A stretch of 64,000 nt of DNA from Azolla caroliniana (Eukaryota > Plantae > Polypodiophyta): positions 20,212,001-20,276,000 of the forward strand of contig JBHGNT010000002.1 in assembly GCA_043228905.1 (NCBI GenBank). Direction: 5' to 3'. Under the pieces are notes generated by a model. The model did not search any database. It was not told the DNA's origin and worked only from the letters and a program-made list of their open reading frames with translations. Shown in pieces: positions 12,313 to 23,214 of the stretch; position 1 is the first letter of the stretch, and the number at the start of each line of letters is the position of its first letter. Both the position numbers and the translations under genes were made by a program.

Positions 12313-14666
12313 TGATCAATCACTTCCTCACAGTCTTCTACCCACCCCCTCCGGTTTCCCCTTGTCACATCCTGACCTGTCCACCACCACCAAGGAAACA
12401 AAGGGAGAAGATTTTGGCGACAACCCAGGAAGAATGGGAAGACCCCTCGCCTTTTCCACCTCCCTCAGGCGTTCGGAACCCCACTTCCGCCTCGGCACCA
12501 CCCCCACCAAAAACACAGAGACAACAGGCGGTAGCAACGACCTGTGTCGAATGGGACGAAGCCGAGGAGCCCTTCCCCGAGGATGTCACGATATGGCAGA
12601 AACTACCAAGGACATCAATGACCTCTCCACAACCGAGCCCACGGCCCACAAGCCAGCAGCCCTCGGCCATCCGGCAACAAAAGAGGAAACAGGCCGAGGA
12701 GCCAACACCACCGGCCCCAGACGTACAGGATTAGCCGCCAAAAAGACGTTGCATCATTCGAGAAGCAATCACAGAAAACCGAAGGTGACCAACGTTAGAA
12801 ATCAAAAGAGGCCAACCCCACCTCCACGGACATAGTACCAGCGGAGTCATGGCTCCAAGTCGGTACGATCAAGCATGGACAAACCACGTAGATATCAGAG
12901 GAGGAAGTCCTTGGTTACAAAGATCTCCCCGCGGAGGCATACAAGTTCAGTGCACTACTTCGACTGGGCACAACTTATGAGTTAATGGATTTCCGAGTGA
13001 CGTTGTCTCACCAACCACTCTTCCGAACCCGAGCCCGAGTGTTGAAGGTACCAACACACACAAAGATGACACCGCCCACCCCAAGGTAGCCACGGCCGAG
13101 GCCAGCACAATGACGGACTCGGTATAGACAAGTGAGCCATCGTCACGGGTAGATATCAGCCCACACCCCCAAACCAGCCAAGCCTCCACGCAAACGCCAC
13201 CACCTCCGGTTGTCATGGAACGAGCGACACAGACAGATAGGGAGTCCTCGGCCCAAATCCAGCAAGCGGTAACCCAAACAGGGCCTCCCCTTTGGGACTA
13301 CCAGGAGGAGCTTCAGGCCCATATCGCTCTGGCCGAGTTGGCAGAACAGAACCACAACAACATTCTTGGCCAGATACAGGAACAAGCCGCAAGCTGCGAA
13401 GCGAACCTCAAGCGATTGCTTGCTGAAAGGTCTCTATCATTGAGGCTAAAGAAGCACAAAGCACGACAATGACAGGTGATGACCCTCCAGGTCTCTATCA
13501 CTGAGGCTAAAGAACATTTCATAAAAGAAACCGAGCAGAATAGCCAACGGGAACAAGAGCTCTTCGCAGACAACCAGGAATTACGACGTCATCAAAGAGC
13601 CTTACAGGACATGGCCAACGAACATATGCAAAAGTGGAGGATCTCAGAGGAGCAACGAGCATATCACCAGTTTGCAAACCAAGCACATCGCCGTCAGAGA
13701 ACAACACCGGGACGCTTGGCGACAGGAAATGGACGAAACTGTAGCGCAGCTCACCAACCATTATGAGCAGACCATCGCGCTCATCACTGAAAAAGCAAAA
13801 GATAATCAAGCTACTTTAGCACTCTTCACCCGCAAAAGCCAAGCAGAAGCCAAGGTCGTAAGGGAGGCACTGGAAGTTCGCCACACGAGCATCGGCATGG
13901 ACGATACCAAAATCAAGACCCTAATCAACAAGTATCGTCAGCAATTCACCACGAAGATCAAAGAAACGCTTGACCATGTCTGGCAGGGGTGGTCAACCCA
14001 AGCCATGGACCTACACATACTACGCGTGGATGCCGAGAACCGACGGAAGGAGGGCCAAGGGTTTTACAAGATGGATGACACCAGCATCTAGATCCTCCGT
14101 GAAGACTTAACTGAGGAATATCATAACTTAGCAGCTTCCCACACCGCGGGCATCGAGCAACTCTTGGAGGAATTCAACGACGATCTAATGGTGTTTCGCT
14201 TAGAAGCCGAAGCATACGAGGAGGAACGACTCACTACCGGGATTAACAGAGCTCCCACCACCACCAAGCAAGGACCCGAGTCAACCACCACGGGAACTCG
14301 ACTGGAGGAACCTGCCCCTACAAACCTCCACATCCCAACCAAGCCACTCACCACGGCAGCTCAACCGGAGGAACCTGCCCCTATAGACCTCCACATCCCA
14401 CCGGAGCCCCAGACTATAACCCCGACTCGGCCTGAACCGGTCCCAACAAAGGAGGCCGCACACATCGACATAGCCAACCCCGACTCGACAACACAACCTC
14501 CATTACCAACCCCACGCTCCCGAGGATATCCTTGGCATATTGGAAGAGGAATAAAACCTATAAGCCCTTGTAGGAATGGGCAATTTTTGTAATTTGTGTT
14601 GTTTTGCCAAATCCATGGTGAACCGTGGGTCCGACGGACAAAGTCTTGTCCCACGGGCGTGCCAGG

Positions 14667-14828
14667 TGTTGTCCATAGGCCAGAAATATAAATGAGTTAA
14701 ATGTAATACGCCGGTAGGTAAGGCCAGTAGGTAAGGAAGGTAGAGTTAGGAAAACACCGAGTTTCGAGCCTCACAGTCAGTTGACCGCTCGGCTCTGTAT
14801 GAAGAAAAAGTATATAAACCTAGGTCTG
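14667..14828 (+). repeat. Gypsy-1 3' LTR, left part
   Basis: Matches 4024 to about 4185; interrupted by chromovirus-1. Confidence 0.93.
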
Positions 14829-15263
14829 TGTTATGAACACATGACCATTATGGCGTCACCCGGACTTAGAACCTCGAACCTTGTAATCCATACTTGAAAA
14901 CCTCAACCATTAAGATAGCTTATTGTTATATGAACCAATAAAAGCTACTTCTTGTATTACATTGATTATTGTAAAAACTCTAGATTATTCTAGAATGTCC
15001 TAGAGCATTCTAGGTCTAGAACATTCTAGAACATTCTAGAAATCTCTAAGCTATTCTATAGGAACCTATAAATAAGGGCATACATGTATTCTCAAATCAA
15101 TTCGAATCAACACCAGTCTTTAGCTCTCATTACATATCTTGTATCCATTCTCTTTCTTTCTCTATCTTATACATCCATTCTTCTCTTAGTATTTGGTTCC
15201 TTTCTTCTCGTGTTCTCTAATATCCTTCTTCCATCACTCTATCTTTTATCCTTGGTTCTGACA
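14829..15263 (+). repeat. Chromovirus-1 5' LTR
   Basis: tgttatga...ttctgaca; TATAAATA at 15067; tctagaa-type repeats in U3. Confidence 0.95.
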
Positions 15264-15329
15264 GTTTGATTCGGATTCTCTCTCTCTCTCTCTCTCTCTC
15301 TTATCCTCCTTTGTAACCATCCTGAAACC

Positions 15330-16493
15330 ATGGCTGCCATTAACTCAGAAGAATATCTCACCCTTGTTGCAAAAATGGAGAACCTTAAATCCAAGTTCGC
15401 ATCTCTTGAAGTAGAGAATCAACGTCTACTTGGGGATCTACAAAAGGTTACTATAGAGAAGCAACAACAACAAGAGGAGTTCACGCGACGAGTGCAACAG
15501 TTAGAGTTGACAATCGTCGTGTTACAACAACAAAGGGTTGAATGTCAGGGACTTATCAAGGAGCCCAAAATTAGCCTCCCAGCTAAATTTGATGGGTCGA
15601 GGGCGCATTTCCGAGGTTTTTTGAATCAAGTACGGTTGGTGATTCAAATGCATCCCGCACGTTATCCAACAGATGCATCACGAGTCGGGCTAGTGGGCAC
15701 TTTATTGACTGGCATAGCGTTGTCGTGGTTTGCTCCATTGCTAGAGACCAATTCTCCTCTATTGAATAATTTCGAGGAATTTATCAAGGAATTTAAGGCT
15801 TGTTTTGGAGATACTGATGGGGCGAGAATAGCTATCAACAAGATTCGTACACTTCGTCAAGGTGATCAACCAGCTTCGACATATGCTGCCAATTTCCGTC
15901 TCATCGCAAGCGATATTCCTTGGGATGAACAAGACCTAATGGAGCAATTCCGTTCAGGCCTTCGTAGTGATGTCAAAGACTTACTTCTTACCTTCCCCAA
16001 GGATCCAAGGTCACTTACAGAAGCTATTAGTCGAGCAATACAGTGTGATAATCGCCTTTTTGAGCGTCGATGTGAGTGACAACAACAAATAACAAGATCA
16101 AGATTCACACCAACTTATGCATCAGTAACGACGCAATCATCCCCAAGGCAAATGTATAGCCCTGCTCCAACTCCAAGGCAAACACGTAGTCCAGTCCCAA
16201 TGGATAGTCCTGCACCCATGGAGATCGATATGACTCAACGACGAGGACCGTTGTCAGACGAAGAGAAGCAACGTCGTCGAGCAAACCATCTGTGCTTATA
16301 TTGCGGAGGTCCAGGACATATAGCCATTCATTGCTCCCGTAGGCCAAGATGTCAAGTAAATCAAATTCACTATGACAATAAAAATGAGTCCAACATTTTA
16401 GAAGCAGTTAGTGAATCTAATATTATGAATAATCCACCCTTGTCCAATAAATTTGAAGTCCTAAGCCAATTAGAAGAGGAGTCAAACGAATAA
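15330..16493 (+). pseudogene. gag: Chromovirus-1 gag (premature TGA at 16077-16079)
   Basis: EPKISLPAKFDGSR, LRQG, PMEID, CLYCGGPGHIAIHC knuckle. Confidence 0.9.
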
Positions 16494-16548
16494 GTCCGGC
16501 CAAAATAGGAGCCATTTGGTTGGACAACCCTAGATATGTACAACTAGT

Positions 16549-19500
16549 GTGGGTTCCATTTCTTCCAAGCATGTTAGTAGAGTCTTCTCAGCCCTAGTAC
16601 AAGTTAGGACACCCAGTTGTCAACTTCAAGTCCAAGCCCTCTTAGATACTGGAGCCAATTCTTGTTTCATGGATAGAGATTTTGCCCAAAAACACCAAAT
16701 ATCTTTGCATACACTTCCTTGTCCAGTTTCCGTAGTAGTGATTGATGGACGCCCCATAGCTTCCGGGAAGATATTTGAAGAGTCTGAGCCAATACACATA
16801 CTCTTGGGTGATTTAGGATGTGTAGTTTCCTTTAACATAATCCGTAGTCCTGAGCATCCAATTGTCCTCAGTTTGCCATGGTTCGAGCTACATAACCCTA
16901 GAATCGATTGGAGGAAGCGAGAAATTAGGTGCCCTTTAGCAGAAAATATCATTGTCAAGGATCGAACTCGGGATTATCCTCCCAAAGTATATAGTTCTAC
17001 CGATGCACCATATCCTTCTCATCAAATTTCAGCCATCACATTGCAACAATTGCGCCAAGTGGGAGGCAAGGAGGACCTTTTCTTATTTGCAGTATCAGTG
17101 ACACCTTCTAGTGTCACTCAAGGGAATTCAGACATCCAAATTCCCAAAAAATATCAAGACTATGCTGATGTTTTCGACAAAATCAAAGCTAGTGTTCTTC
17201 CAAAGCATCGATCGTACGACTGTCCTATTGATCTCCAACCAGGAAAAGAGCCACTGTGGGGTCCGATTTACAATTTATCACCCACTGAGCTTGAGGTTCT
17301 TCGAGAATACATCGAGGAAAATCTTGCACATGGGGTTATTCGACATTCAAAGTCTCCAGCTGGTGCTCCTATCTTTTTTGTGAAGAAAAAAGACGGCTCC
17401 CTTCGTTTGGTCGTGGACTATCGAGGCTTAAATAAAGTCACCATAAGGAATAGGTATGCTTTACCTTTAATCTCCAATCTCTTAGAACGCATCGGTGGGG
17501 CAAAGCATTTTACCAAAATTGATCTAAGGGGTGCATATAATCTTGTTCGAATTCGGCTGGGAGATGAGTGGAAAACAACATTTCGTACTCGGTATGGTCA
17601 TTTCGAGTATACAGTCATGCCTTTCGGGCTCACAAATGCACCTGCAGTATTCCAACATATGGCAAATGACATCTTCCGGGATTTCTTGGATATTTTTCTA
17701 ATCATCTACCTAGATGATCTATTGATTTACTCTAAAACACAGGGGTAGCATGATATACATGTGCGGCAAGTACTTGAACGCCTAAGGAAGTATGGTCTTT
17801 ATGCCAAAGTTGAGAAATGCAGTTTTGATTGCAAACAAGTCGAATTTTTGGGATACACTATTTCATCCCAGGGTGTTTTCATGGACCCGGAAAAAGTCCA
17901 AACAATATTGGAATGGAAACCCCCATGCTCAGTTTGGGATGTCCAGTGTTTCCTCGGATTTGCAAACTTCTATCGCACATTCATACATAATTATTCAAGC
18001 ATTGTGTTGCCCCTTACTCAACTCACCAAGAAAAATCAAGCATTTTTTTGGAGTATCGAAGCGGACAAGGCTTTTACGTAGTTGAAAGAGGCATTCACAT
18101 CAGCACCCATCCTAGCACATATTGATCCTGAAAAGCCATTTACTATTGAGGCGGATGCATCAGACTTTGCATTGGGGAGTATCCTATCGCAACCAGGCGA
18201 GGACGGGCAGACACATCCAGTCGCGTTTCACTCGAGAAAATTTACTGTTTCGGAGATAAACTATGAGGTGCATGACAAGGAGTTACTAGCTGTGGTCGAC
18301 TCATTCGAGCAATGGCGTCATTTTCTAGAAGGATCACCTCATCAGATTATCATTTATAGTGATCACAAAAATCTCACATATTTTCAAACAGCTCGAGTAT
18401 TAAATAGACGACAAGCTCGGTGGGCCCAATTTCTAACGCGTTTCGATTTCAAGATCATTTTTTGCCCTGGAAAACAACAAGGGAAAGTAGATGCTCTGTC
18501 TCGGCGTTCGTATCTAGCACTTTGACCTGGAGATCCGGCCTTTGACAATCAAAAGCAAACTCTCCTCGGGCCATCAAAGCTACAGGTAACAACAATTTAT
18601 GCCACGCCACTTGATTCTACCCTTCTTGACACTGTTCGGCAACAACTTCATTCGGATGATTTTGTTAAGGATGTCTTAGCCCACTGTGGTTCAAGTCGTC
18701 CATCTTGCTCCACATTGCCAAGGTCATCTCAACATTATCAGGACTTCAAGTGGCAAGATGGCTTACTCTTCTACAAGAATCTCCTTTATGTCCCCAACGG
18801 ATCACCCCGACTTCAAGTGTTGGAACATTGTCATGATGCCCCCATGGCTGGACATTTTGGTATTTCCAAGACCATTGAGCTGGTGAAACGTTAGTTTTGG
18901 TGGCCTCACTTGCAAAAATTTGTCGAAGATTATGTTCGCACTTGTGACACCTGTTGTCGTGCCAAAATACCCCGGCATCACCCTTATGGTTTACTACAAC
19001 CATTACCCCCTCCCAACAAGCCATGGCAGTCTATTTCTATGGATTTCATTACGGATCTGCCACCTTCCAAAGGCTTTGATACTATTTTAACAGTAGTGGA
19101 TCGGTTCACCAAGATGGCACATTTTGTACCATGTGTAAAGACCATCAATAGTGAAGAAACTGCAGATCTCATTATGCGTGAAGTGTTTTGCCATCATGGT
19201 CTCCCGAATGATATTATTAGCGATCGAGGTCCTCAATTTATCTCACACTTTTGGAAGCACCTATGGGTAGGCCTCAAAATCTCTTGCAAACTCTCTTCGG
19301 CTATCATCCACAAACTGACGGACAAACAGAGCGCACAAATCAAACGCTCGAGCAATATCTTCAATGTTTCATTAGTTATCAACAAGATGATTGGAGTAAT
19401 ATTTTACATCTTGCCGAGTTGGCATACAACAACACGGTCCACTCTTCTACCAAAGTTACACCTTTCTTTGCCTACACCGGCAACCACCCTCGATGGTGTA

Positions 19501-20147
19501 TACTGGATCTTCCCGAGGTGTCACGAAACCCTAGTGCGGCGCATTGCCTCCACCGACTACAACAAATCCAGTTCGAGTTATCGTCACATCTTCAGAAAGC
19601 GCAAGCACACCATAAGACTAATGCCGATCGACATCGTCTTAAGTCTCTGTTTAAGGTTGGTGACCGTGTATGGTTGCTTCGTCGTCACATCAAGACTACC
19701 CGACCGTGTGCTAAGCTTGACTATCAACGCTTAGGTCCTTTTGTCATCACAGCGCAGATTAATGATGCAACATTTCGTCTTAACCTTCCTGCACATATGC
19801 GGCTTCACCCTGTCTTTCATAGCTCTCTTTTGGAACCTTGCCACACCTCTTTAATTCCTAATCGTGTCGTGCCACCACCGCCTTCTGTACAACTTGTGGA
19901 CGGCCCCGAATACGAGGTAGCTGCTATTCTCGATTCTAAGATTGTGCGCAATAAGCTTTATTATCTAGTTGATTGGCTTGGTTATCCTCCGAGTGATCGC
20001 ACTTGGGAACCCATCGATAAAGTTTGTAATGTTGAAGCTCTGGTCAACGACTTCCATCATCACTATCCAAACAAGCCCGTCCCAGCAATGTTAACGCCGA
20101 CTTCCACTCGGCGTTCTCGAAGGAGGGATAGTGTCATGAAGACATGA
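16549..20147 (+). pseudogene. pol: Chromovirus-1 pol (PR-RT-RH-INT-chromodomain) with stops and frameshifts
   Basis: [94 protein letters not shown]. Confidence 0.93.
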
Positions 20148-20575
20148 CCATTATGGCGTCACCTGAACTTGAACCTCGAACCTTGTAATCCATACTTCAA
20201 AACCTCAACCATTAAGATAGCTTATTGTTATATGAAACAATAAAAGCTACTTCTTGTATTACATTGATTATTGTAAAAACTCTAGATTATTCTAGAATGT
20301 TCTAGAATGTCCTAGAGCATTCTAGGTCTAGAACATTCTAGAACATTCTAGAAATCTCTAAGCTATTCTATAGGAACCTATAAATAAGGGCATACATGTA
20401 TTCTCAAATCAATTCGAATCAACACCAGTCTTTAGCTCTCATTACATATCTTGTATCCATTCTCTTTCTTTCTCTATCTTATACATCCATTCTTCTCTTA
20501 GTATTTGGTTCCTTTCTTCTCGTGTTCTCTAATATCCTTCTTCCATCACTCTATCTTTTATCCTTGGTTCTGACA
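20132..20575 (+). repeat. Chromovirus-1 3' LTR
   Basis: Copy of 14829-15263 with one extra tctagaatgt unit. Confidence 0.95.
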
Positions 20576-20580
20576 ATCTG

Positions 20581-20908
20581 CGTACCTTGGCAAGAGAGAG
20601 ATATCTAGAGCCTAGGCGAGGTCGTTTCATAGTTATAAGACCTTTGTAAGGTCACCGGCTGCAGGCCATGTTTTTGTAATCATCGATAACTGTTTGTAGT
20701 AATACATATCTATTAGCTCTTGTTGTTTTCATCTGTGTGCCGTTGTTTCTAAGGTCTCAACTACGTATACGACCCAGGCTCTATTCCGGGTATGCTCTCC
20801 GTTTTCTTCCCCTAACGATGCCTCTGTGCACAAGTCTTCACGTTACACTTCCCTTGATACCGATAGCTTGTAGGCATATCGAAGGTGTTTCCAACAGAAT
20901 GGTTAAGA
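20581..20908 (+). repeat. Gypsy-1 3' LTR, right part
   Basis: Matches about 4186-4513; followed by TSD gctcc. Confidence 0.93.
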
Positions 20909-20913
20909 GCTCC

Positions 20914-22239
20914 GTCCCGACTCTGGACCGGCCTGCGATGAGCAACGGTTCTGACAAATCGTCGAAAGCCTTATATATTTGACAATCACCTAAACCGACA
21001 TTAGTTATCCAGTTGGCGTGATCAACCAATATATGCAGAAGCCGACCGTGGAGCACCTTCTGTGCGCGCATCGAATTTTGCGATATGTGAGCGGCACGAA
21101 GGGACGGGGACTGTTATACTGGCATGGTATAACCGAAGAGCTAGTTGGCTACACCGATGCCGACTGGGCCGGCGATGCAACGGATCGTCGATCCACCTCC
21201 GGCTATATGTTTTCCCTTGGTAGCGCGGTTGTTGCGTGGAACAACAAAAAGCAGCCAACAGTGACCCTTTCGAGCACTGAGGCTGAATACCGGGGCGTTA
21301 CTGTTGCCACCTGTGAAGCCATTTGGCTCCGGCGACTGCTGCAAGACCTGCGGATCGAGGATCCTGCTCTATTGCGACAACATAAGCAACATGCAGCTCG
21401 CCAAGAACCCCGTATTCCATGCTCGCACAAAGCACATAGAAGTGCACTACCACTTCGTGCGTGAGCGTGTCCTGAGCGACGAAGTCGAACTTCGGTATGT
21501 TCATATGGATCGGCAAGTTGCTGACATCTTCACCAAACCGCTCGGATCGGACAAGTTGCAGCACTTCACCGAAATGCTTGGTGTTCAACATCTCGACGTG
21601 CCACACTTGAGGGGGAGAATTGGCACTGGCAAAGACACCGGAACGGGCAAAGGCAAAGAGACTGTCGGTTGCGCTAGTAAGGGAAGAACTGAGAAGGGGA
21701 GAGACAAGAAGAAGAAAGGAATCGAGTCGACAAAGGAAGTCGACACATCCGAACAAGTTGGAACTAGCAGCAGCAGCGACAGAGTCAAGAAGGACAGAGC
21801 CGCCAAGACCCGAACATGCTCCGATGTGGTGAAGAGCCTGGAACCGGAAAATGAATCGGGAGCGGCCGATTCGGACAAGAGTTGGAACAAATCAGAGACA
21901 ACCGATTTGGTTCAACAAACAGATTCGGAAGAACTAGATCAATTCAAGGCCAAGATGACGAGAAGGCAGCGAAAGTCGACGCTAACACGAAGGAGTCGGC
22001 GAATCGGCGAGCACCGAAGTCACAGCAGTGAGGGAGCTGAATTGGGCCTGTTGAACAGACAAGCCGACCAAGGAGGTCGAGGTGCGCAGAAACATAAGGG
22101 TCACGGCAAACGGGACCGCACCGGACGAGGAGCGCGAGCGAGGCGGAGTGACGCCAGAAGGAGCCAGGTGGAAAGACCGGCTGCCATGGAGACTGACACT
22201 ACGATCCGACCTCAAGTTGAGCTTGAGGGGGAGTGTTGA
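20914..22239 (+). pseudogene. pol: Copia-1 pol, part 2 (RT C-terminus, RNase H, charged C-terminal extension)
   Basis: GYTDADWAG..RRSTSGY, LSSTEAEY, YCDN, HARTKHIEVHYHFVRE, VADIFTKPL. Confidence 0.9.
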
Positions 22240-22649
22240 GCGGCAAGCTCAACCGGATCCGGATCGGCTGAATAAGCCTGAGCCGGATCGGCATCTGGAA
22301 GGATGAGCCGGTGAGCTAGGGAGCCGGTTAGCCGGATCCATCAGTAACCGGAAGCCTAGTAGCAGCCTAGACTACTAGGAAGTTAATGTCTCATAGTTAG
22401 TGTCGGACGCTTGTGTGAGCATTGAAGTACACCATAATTCTGTCAGTCCATATGGACTTGTATAAAAGTGTTCACTGAACACATACGATGTACAAAATTG
22501 AGTATTATTTTTTAATTGATTTTCTGTGTGCTCTCTCTCTCTCTGTCTCTCTTGTGTACTGTGTATATTCTAAGCTTTCCATTAAACCTGTGTTTCTGTG
22601 TTCGGTTTTCTATTGCTTCCGCACAATTTATTCTTTTACACTTTCCACA
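22234..22649 (+). repeat. Copia-1 3' LTR
   Basis: Starts tgttgagcggcaagctcaac directly after the PPT and ends ctttccaca; similar to 47360-47796. Confidence 0.85.
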
Positions 22650-22837
22650 CATCTTTGACTAAGCCCAATCCTTGCATGAATTTATCTCACAACCATAATG
22701 TGCACTCTCGATTGCGACATTCATTTGTAAAGTTCTTGAACATCGAGAGTCGCTACTCACTTTTACATGTAGCACGTGAAATGTAATATTTTTTGTCTCA
22801 TAGGTCATATTTGACCTCTCTCTGAATACGATAATAG

Positions 22838-22884
<47 letters not shown>
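22650..22884 (+). mobile_element. 3' end of RTE/RTEX-like LINE with (CT)n tail; host of Copia-1
   Basis: Matches the reverse complement of about 42748-42925 (aagcccaatccttgca...gtgcactctcgattgc...gtgaaatgtaatatttt...aatagaatctctct). Confidence 0.8.
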
Positions 22885-22887
<3 letters not shown>

Positions 22888-23156
22888 CGTAATTAGCTTA
22901 CGTAGTGGTAAGTTGTTACACTACAAGCCATTATGTCTCTCCTTTTATTATTATCGTAATTAGCTTACTGTATTGGTAAGTTGTTACACTACAATCCACT
23001 ATGTCTTGGGTTTAAAACTCAATTTTACTCACCTCTCCATTATATACTTCATACGTATCTCTTAATTCACTAAATACCACTTTGAATGTAGGGGTTCAAC
23101 CCATGACCTCCTGGTCTCTATTGGGCAACCTTACCAACTGAGCTACATCCATTCAA

Positions 23157-23160
<4 letters not shown>
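22885..23160 (-). mobile_element. tRNA-derived SINE-like element flanked by (CT)n on both sides
   Basis: Minus-strand A box TAGCTCAGTTGG (23134-23145) and degenerate B box GGGTTGAACCCC (23091-23102); about 55-bp duplicated 3' block. Confidence 0.6.

Positions 23161-23214
<54 letters not shown>

Larger units (their letters stand above)
11114..14592 (+). pseudogene. Extra ORF downstream of integrase in Gypsy-1 (globular N-domain, Pro/Thr-rich linker, coiled-coil region), degraded
   Basis: ATG 11114 is in frame with the 11165 ORF. The frame continues across the solo LTR (...KRLLPMI|NHFLTVFYPPPP) and into Q/E/K-rich ORFs at 13215, 13476, 13672 and 14164. Confidence 0.7.
14829..20575 (+). mobile_element. 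Full-length chromovirus (Tcn1/Tf1-like Ty3/Gypsy) inserted in the Gypsy-1 3' LTR
   Basis: LTRs 14829-15263 and 20132-20575; TSD gtctg/atctg; PPT gaaggagggatag 20119-20131; C-terminal chromodomain. Confidence 0.95.
4024..20908 (+). mobile_element. Full-length Ty3/Gypsy non-chromovirus LTR retrotransposon (Gypsy-1) with nested insertions
   Basis: 5-bp TSD gctcc at 4019-4023 and 20909-20913; LTRs 4024-4513 and 14667-14828 + 20581-20908; gag-PR-RT-RH-INT plus an extra ORF; no chromodomain or additional RNase H seen. Confidence 0.95.
2073..22649 (+). mobile_element. Ty1/Copia LTR retrotransposon (Copia-1), 5'-truncated, interrupted by Gypsy-1 (4024-20908)
   Basis: Integrase, RT, RNase H order; PPT cttgagggggag 22222-22233; 3' LTR 22234-22649 similar to the Copia-2 LTR at 47360. 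No 5' LTR or gag in the window. Confidence 0.93.

Noticed and set aside
15084-15269. Hydrophobic small ORF duplicated at 20396
   Set aside because: Lies in the CT-rich R/U5 part of the LTRs; hydrophobicity follows from base composition.
23085-23150. Functional tRNA gene (also considered at 14851 and 62691)
   Set aside because: A/B boxes are present, but I could not fold a convincing acceptor and anticodon stem; treated as tRNA-derived.
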